In this document: piece after piece, positions 53,206 through 60,800 of the stretch
How the letters are laid out: each line of letters begins with the position of its first letter
Numbering within the stretch: position 1 is the stretch's first letter
DNA from: an uncultured archaeon
GTDB taxonomy: Archaea > Aenigmatarchaeota > Aenigmatarchaeia > CG10238-14 > EX4484-224
Reading direction: 5' to 3'
Assembly: GCA_964524025.1 (NCBI GenBank)
Contig: CAZGBT010000003.1
Span: forward strand, 602-64,601
Length of the DNA stretch: 64,000 bases
Position numbers and translations under genes: made by a program
The notes under the pieces: model-generated
What the model was told of the DNA's origin: nothing
Databases searched by the model: none
What the model saw: the letters and a program-made list of their open reading frames with translations, nothing else

Positions 53206-55094
53206 TTTAACAGACCTATGATATCAATTAGCCTTTTTTCCAGTTTATTCTTAAAACTCTCAAAATCTTTTTCCAAATTTAATAATTTACTTTCAAGTTT
53301 CATCGAAGTTGCCGAGAAATTCTGAACCGTTGTCTCAATTGATCTAATGATATCTTTTATTTCTTCTATTTCTGCAACTCTTTTTTCTATTGCTTCAATT
53401 CGTTTTCTAACTTCCTTCTCCTTATTCGATAAAACCTCTAACCTTTCAACTAGTTTCTTTTCCTTTATGTCTTTCAAATTTTCTTTTAGTCCTTTTAAAT
53501 CATCTTTAATAATAACAATTTCGTTTCTAACTTCAGAGATCTTCTCTTTCAATAATTTTTGAGATTTGATTACCTCATCTTGAATCTGTTTTACCTTCTT
53601 AACTCTATCTTGGAATGTTTCTAAATCTAAGCTTAATCTATCAACTTTTCCTACTTCCTTTTCTAAAAGTTCAAAGCGGCTGGTTAAATTTTTAGTTATT
53701 TCCTTAAGTTTGTTTATTTCGTCCCTACTGAGTTTTATCTTATCGCCTAAATTACTAATTTCATCTTTCAATTTTTTTATTTCCTCATTAATAATTGAGG
53801 TAAAATTTCCTACTTCATCCAATTTCCTACTTATAACCTCTCTATCTTTCCATATTCTTTCTACCTCTTCTTTTAATCTTTCAACCTCACTAACCAAAAA
53901 TTCAAGATTTTTAATCTTTTTAGCAAAACCTGAAGATTCTTTTTCCAAATTGCTAATTCTTTCGGATAAATTCGCTACTTTGCTTTGTAATTGATCTAAA
54001 TCTTCTATGCTTTTATCTTTTAACGACTCGAACGATTCCAATTTATGGTACAATTCTTTTTGTCTGTTTTCTAGATCTTCTGTCTTTTCGACAAGCTTGT
54101 TTATTTTAGTAGAAAAATTTGCTTCAACCTTTTCAACTTCTTCTTTTAGATTTTTTAACTCATAAGCAATTTTTTCTTCTAATTTCAACTTTGGTATAAG
54201 ATCTTCGATTTTTTTGTTAATTTTTTCCATTTCTACTTTTTTAGCAAAACTCAAGGATTCTTTAAGTAAACTATCAATTTTCTCAGACAAATCTGTTAAT
54301 TTGTCCCGAAATCTATCTACTAAGCTTAGTTCATTTTTAATTTTACTGATTTCTTCCTCTAAATTTTTCAGGCTGGCAAACTGTAAAGAAGTTCTTTCTA
54401 AATCTTTTTTTATTTTGTTTAACGATTCTAATAACGACTTCAACTTTAGTTCGAGATCTTTAATCTTACCTTCAAAAGAAACAGTCATTTCTGGTAAAGA
54501 GCTTTCTACTTTCTTTTTAAAAATTTTAAACGACTTAAGTTCCAAAGTTACAGAGCTTAGTTTTTCCGTTAACGAATTAATTGCGCGCCTTAAATTATCA
54601 AGATTTTTTAGTATATCCTCTTTTTCTTTTTTCTTTACAAACTTCTTTTCAAATCTTTCCTTTATCTCTTCTAATTCTTTAGCGAGGTTAGTAAAATTGC
54701 TCAAATTGTCCTTTAGGGTAGCGATCTCTCTATAAATTTGAGTAATTCTACCTTCCTCTTCCCTTAAAATTCTTTTAGTTTCTTCCCTTATTCTCTCTAT
54801 TTTATTTGAAAATTTTGCCTTATCCATTTCTTGTTTCTCTCTTAAGTTAATAAGCTCAAACATGAATCCTTTAACCTTATTTTCAAAAAGCGAAACACTT
54901 CTTTTGAAACCTTCGATTTCTTTAGAAATTAAAGAATAAGTTTTATCAACTCTGAGTTTTAAGTCTTCATATTTTTTCATTCTATCCTCTAATTCCACAA
55001 TTCTTTCTTCTGCAGAGTTTAGTCTACTTTTTATTGTAGCTAAACTTTCTTTCAAACTTTTTAGAACAACCGCTAAATCTTTTAACTCTTTCAT
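53202..55094 (-). CDS. All-coiled-coil protein (630 aa), second of three
   Basis: Heptad-rich K/E/L sequence. 4-nt overlaps with both neighbours. Confidence 0.75.
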   Translation of the reverse strand: MKELKDLAVVLKSLKESLATIKSRLNSAEERIVELEDRMKKYEDLKLRVDKTYSLISKEIEGFKRSVSLFENKVKGFMFELINLREKQEMDKAKFSNKIERIREETKRILREEEGRITQIYREIATLKDNLSNFTNLAKELEEIKERFEKKFVKKKEKEDILKNLDNLRRAINSLTEKLSSVTLELKSFKIFKKKVESSLPEMTVSFEGKIKDLELKLKSLLESLNKIKKDLERTSLQFASLKNLEEEISKIKNELSLVDRFRDKLTDLSEKIDSLLKESLSFAKKVEMEKINKKIEDLIPKLKLEEKIAYELKNLKEEVEKVEANFSTKINKLVEKTEDLENRQKELYHKLESFESLKDKSIEDLDQLQSKVANLSERISNLEKESSGFAKKIKNLEFLVSEVERLKEEVERIWKDREVISRKLDEVGNFTSIINEEIKKLKDEISNLGDKIKLSRDEINKLKEITKNLTSRFELLEKEVGKVDRLSLDLETFQDRVKKVKQIQDEVIKSQKLLKEKISEVRNEIVIIKDDLKGLKENLKDIKEKKLVERLEVLSNKEKEVRKRIEAIEKRVAEIEEIKDIIRSIETTVQNFSATSMKLESKLLNLEKDFESFKNKLEKRLIDIIGLLK

Positions 55095-56371
55095 TTTAAA
55101 CCTTCAACCAATTCTTTTAAACCTTTAAGCTGCGAATCTATAATTTTCTCTTGTTTTGATAGCTTTTCCTCTATTGATTGAACTAACCTTTCCAAATTAT
55201 TAGTTTTTCTTTCTAATTCTACAATGGAATTTTTAAGCTTGGAAACCAAAAAATTCAAACTTCTGATATAACTAAAGATCTTTTCTTTATCAAAACTTTC
55301 TATCCATTTGTTAATTCTTTCCAGACTATCCTTATAACCTTCCTGCTTAAATTTAAGAGAAGATAAATCGCTCTTCAAACCTGCAAATTTTTCATTTAAC
55401 CTTTCAACTTCTTTAGAAAGAATTTCTTGCGAACTTACAAGCTCAGAGATTCCTTTCCCAATTCTTACTAAATCGCTTTTAATATCCCCTATTACATCGG
55501 CATATTCTTTTTTTACACTCTCTAAGCTAGCTTTCAAGTTATCCCTAACCGATTTTATCTCTTTTTCTAGCTTCTTTATTTCGGTCAATTTTTTCTCAAA
55601 ATTTTCCAATTCTTTTTCGCAAAACTTCACTTTTTTGACGTCTCTGATTGTATTGTGTAATCTGTCAGTTATTTCGGAAATGCTTTTCTTAATCTTTCTT
55701 ATATCGTCTTTAAAGGGTTCTAACCTAGTCTCTACTTCTTTCTTTATATTCTTTGGGAGTTCTCTTTCTGCTATAGAAAAAAGATCCGAAATTCTATCTA
55801 AAGTTTCTTTTCCAACTTTATTTTTTAAATCCAAAATTTCCTTTTTTAAAACTGGAATCTCTGAAATCATTTTTATAGAAGTTTCTAAGGCAGAGATTCT
55901 ATTGGAAATCTCTTCTTTTACGAGCTTTTCTAAATTTTTTAGGTTTTTTTCTAATTGTAAAACTTTCATGGCTTCTTCTTCTGGAGTTAATTCTGGTAAT
56001 TCGCCAAAAATTCCTCTAGTTTTTTTCCTTTCCTTTAAAGCTTCCCTTATTTCGTTAAGTTGAGTCTCTAAGGAAGTTATTTTTTCTACGTGCTTGAGCT
56101 TTTCGTCTATCTCCTCTATCTTTTTGGAAAAGGTCTGCTTAAGAATTGAAAGCTCTTCTTCCAAGCTTTTAGTCTTTATCTTTCCGATTCTTCTCTCTAC
56201 GTTCTTTAAGTTTTCAAAGATAGTCTTCAAGCTGTCTTCTATTCTTTTATTTATTTCATCAAATTTCGGCTTTATTTTTTCCAAAACTTTCTTTTCAACC
56301 TCCTCTTCCTTGATTTTACTGGATTTAGAAGCTACTTCTTCTATAAGCTGGGCTAAAACTTCTTCTTCCAT
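55091..56371 (-). CDS. All-coiled-coil protein (426 aa), first of three
   Basis: Heptad-rich K/E/L sequence with no signal peptide or TM helix. Confidence 0.75.
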   Translation of the reverse strand: MEEEVLAQLIEEVASKSSKIKEEEVEKKVLEKIKPKFDEINKRIEDSLKTIFENLKNVERRIGKIKTKSLEEELSILKQTFSKKIEEIDEKLKHVEKITSLETQLNEIREALKERKKTRGIFGELPELTPEEEAMKVLQLEKNLKNLEKLVKEEISNRISALETSIKMISEIPVLKKEILDLKNKVGKETLDRISDLFSIAERELPKNIKKEVETRLEPFKDDIRKIKKSISEITDRLHNTIRDVKKVKFCEKELENFEKKLTEIKKLEKEIKSVRDNLKASLESVKKEYADVIGDIKSDLVRIGKGISELVSSQEILSKEVERLNEKFAGLKSDLSSLKFKQEGYKDSLERINKWIESFDKEKIFSYIRSLNFLVSKLKNSIVELERKTNNLERLVQSIEEKLSKQEKIIDSQLKGLKELVEGLK

Positions 56372-56541
56372 TATTTATACCTCTCCATTAACCTAAAACC
56401 AAGTTTTTTCCATTCTTTTATCCTTTTTCTTAAAATTTTCATTCTATGCTTAACAAAAAAGACTTCTGTTTCAGTTCTTTTTCTTCTAAAATGGAAAAAA
56501 AGGATTAAAAAAACTATCAAAAGTAAAGGAATTAAATACAT
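56371..56541 (-). CDS. Small single-pass membrane protein (56 aa); below the ORF-track cutoff
   Basis: Manual translation gives MYLIPLLLIVFLILFFHFRRKRTETEVFFVKHRMKILRKRIKEWKKLGFRLMERYK. Its TAA overlaps the ATG of the first coiled-coil gene (TAATG). Confidence 0.4.
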   Translation of the reverse strand: MYLIPLLLIVFLILFFHFRRKRTETEVFFVKHRMKILRKRIKEWKKLGFRLMERYK

Positions 56542-56564
56542 AATTTAATTTTTTTGTTCCAGAA

Positions 56565-57335
56565 TTATATTTTCCTTCTCAACCTAAGCTTTTCCAGCAG
56601 TCTTCTCCAAAAGCTTTTCTCAACATATGGTTCTCCTATTAAGTAACTAGCTAGTTTGATTAATTCTCTACAGGAATCGCATTTTGAATTATAGGTTATC
56701 AAAGGTAATTTTAATGCTAAACTTTTTAACAGATTTTCATCAAACTTTATTTTTGCAATTACAGGCAAGCCGACTAATTCCTCTATTTCTCTTGCTTTTA
56801 ATTCGTGTCTACTTCCTCTTACCATATTCAATACAATACCTATTGGTTTAACGCCAATCTCTCTTACTATTTCTTGGGCCCTTACTATATCCATAACAGC
56901 AGGTATGTAAGGTGTTGTTACATAAAGTATTTCGTTAGCAGCTCTAATAGCACTTAAAGCCTCTCTTCCAAAGCCAGGCGCTGCATCTAACAAGACAATT
57001 TCTGTTTTTTCTTCTAGCTGCCTTAAAATTTCTGGAAGTTTTACTAAATCAACCCCTTTAAGATCATCAACAGAAAGAGAAGCTGGAATAACTTTTAATC
57101 CTGTAAAATGAACAAAGATAGAATCTTCAACTGGATATTCTCCTCTTAAAACTTTATTTAAAGTAACAGGCGAATAATAGATACCTAAATGAAGGGCTAA
57201 ATGTGAAGTTGTTACGTTGCAATCTATAATTGTTACATCCCTCTTAAAAACTTCAGCTAATATAGCTCCTAGATTAGTTACTATAGTTGTTTTGCCAACC
57301 CCACCTTTTCCAGATGCAACAGCAATTACCCTCAT
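56565..57335 (-). CDS. MinD/ParA-family ATPase
   Basis: Deviant Walker A SGKGGVGKTT and VLLDAAPG. 256 aa. Confidence 0.85.
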   Translation of the reverse strand: MRVIAVASGKGGVGKTTIVTNLGAILAEVFKRDVTIIDCNVTTSHLALHLGIYYSPVTLNKVLRGEYPVEDSIFVHFTGLKVIPASLSVDDLKGVDLVKLPEILRQLEEKTEIVLLDAAPGFGREALSAIRAANEILYVTTPYIPAVMDIVRAQEIVREIGVKPIGIVLNMVRGSRHELKAREIEELVGLPVIAKIKFDENLLKSLALKLPLITYNSKCDSCRELIKLASYLIGEPYVEKSFWRRLLEKLRLRRKI

Positions 57336-57354
57336 TTTTCAATAGTAAATTGGC

Positions 57355-57807
57355 TTATACGTTTTTAAAATGGTTGGTTATTGTGTTTATCAGATTTTCT
57401 ACAACAAAAATTTCTGTAAAGAAAATTGAAGGAAAAGACAAAACAAAGAATAGATGGGAAAACAAACCGCCAAAAATTATTTGAAAGTCAGCAGATGAAA
57501 GCGAGAAAGATAAACCAAGAATTATTAAACCCAAATTTTTAAGTGCATCCTCTTCTGACAAAAGGAGTAGTATAGAAGCTAGTATCGTAAAAAGAAAACC
57601 TGATAAATAGATCAGGGGATTTAATTTTGTGCAGGCCACTTCTGTATAGGGGAAGTTGCTCGAAGAATCGTAAATAACTGCTTTTGCTTTACATCCAAAT
57701 GCGCTAGCTATTAAAGCATGGCCTATTTCGTGTAGGCTTAAAGCTAGGATTATAGCTATTAGGTTTAGGAAAAAATAATTAACTAAAAATTTTGCAATTA
57801 GCTTCAT
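57355..57807 (-). CDS. Small polytopic membrane protein with an HExxH motif (putative intramembrane zinc metalloprotease-like)
   Basis: About 4 hydrophobic helices. LSLHEIGHALI lies at the end of the first helix. Confidence 0.55.
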   Translation of the reverse strand: MKLIAKFLVNYFFLNLIAIILALSLHEIGHALIASAFGCKAKAVIYDSSSNFPYTEVACTKLNPLIYLSGFLFTILASILLLLSEEDALKNLGLIILGLSFSLSSADFQIIFGGLFSHLFFVLSFPSIFFTEIFVVENLINTITNHFKNV

Positions 57808-57845
57808 GAATTACTTAAAGGTAATTACTTTTAAAAACGTTACTA

Positions 57846-60800
57846 CTAAACTGTTAATTCTTCTAATCTTTTCCTAAGCTTCCTCCTAAGCTCCTCGTAA
57901 GCTCTAGCAGATATCAAACCTTCTCTATATTCCCTTTCTAATACCCTAAGAACCCTTTCAAGCCTCTCTCTTTCTTTCCTTACCTCTTCAGGCATTCTAG
58001 CAACTCTTATTTTTCTAAGCTCCTCTATCCTTGGTCTTATTTTTTCTTCAAACTCAATAAGTTTATGCTTCCACTTTACTGCGAAGAATACTACAAAGAT
58101 TAAAACAACAGCTATTGAAATGAGCAAAATTATTAGCCAGAGTGGGGGAGCTGGTACAGTAATTACTTTTATCTTTGGTGCTATAGAAAGCAAATAGAAA
58201 CCTCTATCGATCAAATTGGAAATTACTATCAAAGTAGCTGCACATTCGTCGAATTTTTTTCTCTTCAAATAATCCTTAGCAACCTTTATTTGAGTTTTAA
58301 TTTCTTCTATAATACTTCTAACAGCAGAAACATCATAGCCAAGTTTCTCTTTATAATCAGTTTGGTTTATCAATTCTTTTAATCTTTTTTCTAACTTAGC
58401 AATTTCATATGCTAGAAGTTCTTCTCTACTTTTGAATAAGTTAAATTTAAAACTTTTTTTAGTTGTTGTTTCGTTAGAAATGACAAGAAGCGACGCATTA
58501 TAAAACTTAGAATAGTTTACTTTTGGCGGTGATATTTTTAACCTTATTTCAATAGATTTTCCTGGTTCTAGCAGCTCTATTTTAGAAGGAATAAAAGTAA
58601 ACCAATTGGCTGGTGCGCCAAGTATAGCTAGTTCAATTTTATGCAAAACAACAGAACCCGTATTATTAAGGTAAAATATTATGTAGCGGGTCCATCCTCC
58701 TTCTATGCTAATTTCGCTAGGAAATCTCCAAATTATTAATCTAGCCACAGGCGGTACAGCAGGAGGTGCGGGAGGCGGTGCCACTGGTACAGGAACTTTT
58801 GTAACTACTCTAAAACTTTCCCATTTTAAAATGGGTGGCTTAACGGGATCGTAGGTTAATTTTACCTTCAAATAATAAGTACCTAAAGGTTGGTCTGAAA
58901 ATATGTAAACACTCCTAAGCAAAGTTTTATTCGACAAAGCTGGCATGTAGATTGCTTCAGAAGCATAGTACCAAGTATCGTTAGCACCCTCAACCCAATA
59001 TTCTAAGTCTACATCTTGGGAAACTTCTCCCTGATTTTCGATGTAAATTTCAAAAGGTAGAGTTTCACCAGGGCTTACTTCCTTTTCTAACAGTTTTATC
59101 CTAACGTCATAAGGGCCTCCTGCTGAAACTCTAAACATTGCAACACGTTGGGTAAATTTACCATCTTGATAAGCAGTAACGTAAGCGGTATAGGCTCCTG
59201 TAGGCGTATCTGAAGGCATGGCGTATTTGTAAATATAGTATCCTGTTGCTACCCTATCCATTTCATCGATAGTAGCAAAAAGATATAGATTGCCAGCAGG
59301 ATCCTTAACGGTTAGATTAAGCTGTTCAGGATCTACTGGCAATCCAGAAATATTATAAACTATTATTGAAAACTTCATAACGTTGTTTGGATACCAAACT
59401 ACTGTAGTTTCTACATCAACGTATAAGCTTTCTAATGAAACTTTTGCAGTCCCACTAACTTTAAAAACATAAAGATCCTCGCTGTTCGATGAATGGTTGA
59501 CTATATTATCCCAATAAGAGCTAAAAGCTATTAAAGTATAATTTCCGAGTGGAGCATCGCTTGTTATCCTAAAACTTGGTAGCGGATTGATATATCCTTC
59601 TTCGTTAGTTGTAAAATTAGATTCGTAAGTTAAGTTTTGGAGTGAATCATAAATTTTTATAGTAACGCTTACATTTCCTAATGGATTGTCCGTATAGTCA
59701 AAAACTCTGTAGAAAAACCTACCATCGCTTCCTGGTGGATATTCTTCTTGATAAGTAGAAAGGAATACAACCAACTTTGCATAAACGTAAAACTTAGATT
59801 CTGACTGGGTTGTTATTCCAACTTTATCTTTAGAATAAACTATAATTTCATAAATCCCTCTTAAGCTTGTATCCCCTTTGGTACCTGGATATTGGATGTA
59901 CCATAAAGAATGTTTATCATCATATTGCTCAACAAGCGTCATATTAAGACTATCGATAGTACCATTAGGTCTTGTTACGTTTATTCTTACCCATTCAATT
60001 CCGTAGCCAGACCTATCGGTTATGTTAGCATAGATATCGATATGACCCGTTTGCTCAATTTTTCCCGGAAAGACGGAGACGTTAATCAAAGGTCCTACAT
60101 AAGGATTTATTACCGTTGTTAAAAGCATAAAATCAGGAGATGCGTCAATATCTAAAGCGTCCACTTTAAAGGTTGAATTATAAAACTTAAGCTCGGCCCC
60201 TGTAACATTATAATAAACGCCGAAAACATAAGATTCTTGTGGGTTTAAGGTAAAATTCGTAACGTTTACCCAAGTTTTATTACCTTCTCTTGGTGTTATA
60301 GTAAAGTTTATAGGTAGATTTCCAGTATTGTTTACTCTAACTACGCACATTAAACCTTCAGGAACAGTAAAATTGGCTTCACAATGAGTTGGATGCATAG
60401 TCCAGGTTTTGTTAGTAAGAACTGTTACGTTAAGATATAGCCAATCGTAACCATTATTGGAGGTTGTTACATTCAATATTCCGCTATAATTTCCTGGCGG
60501 ATAGCCAGCTGGAATTGTAATGTTTATTTGAATAGATTGGACCTTTCCTCCTTCTAGGCTTGTTATATTTGGTATGAACTCGAACTGGAAATCTTCTAGG
60601 CCTATTACTGTAAATTTAATTCCTTCTATTGGGTCGTTACCAGTAGAATTTAGAGTAAAATTGCCTAAGATAGATTCTTTATTCTGTTCAACCTGATTGT
60701 AAACATAGTTTTCAGGAATATAGAAAGAGGGGTTGGAAGTTATAGTAACATTTACGCTTCTAGTTAAACTCTTAGTTCCCTCTCCTATATCCTCCCAGTA

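Noticed and set aside
52979-56396. Plus-strand ORFs 52979..53221, 53347..53562, 53710..53994, 54214..54735, 55635..56063 and 56094..56396.
   Set aside because: Their S/F/L-rich low-complexity translations are the antisense shadow of the K/E/L-rich coiled-coil genes. They are fully embedded in the long minus-strand CDSs.
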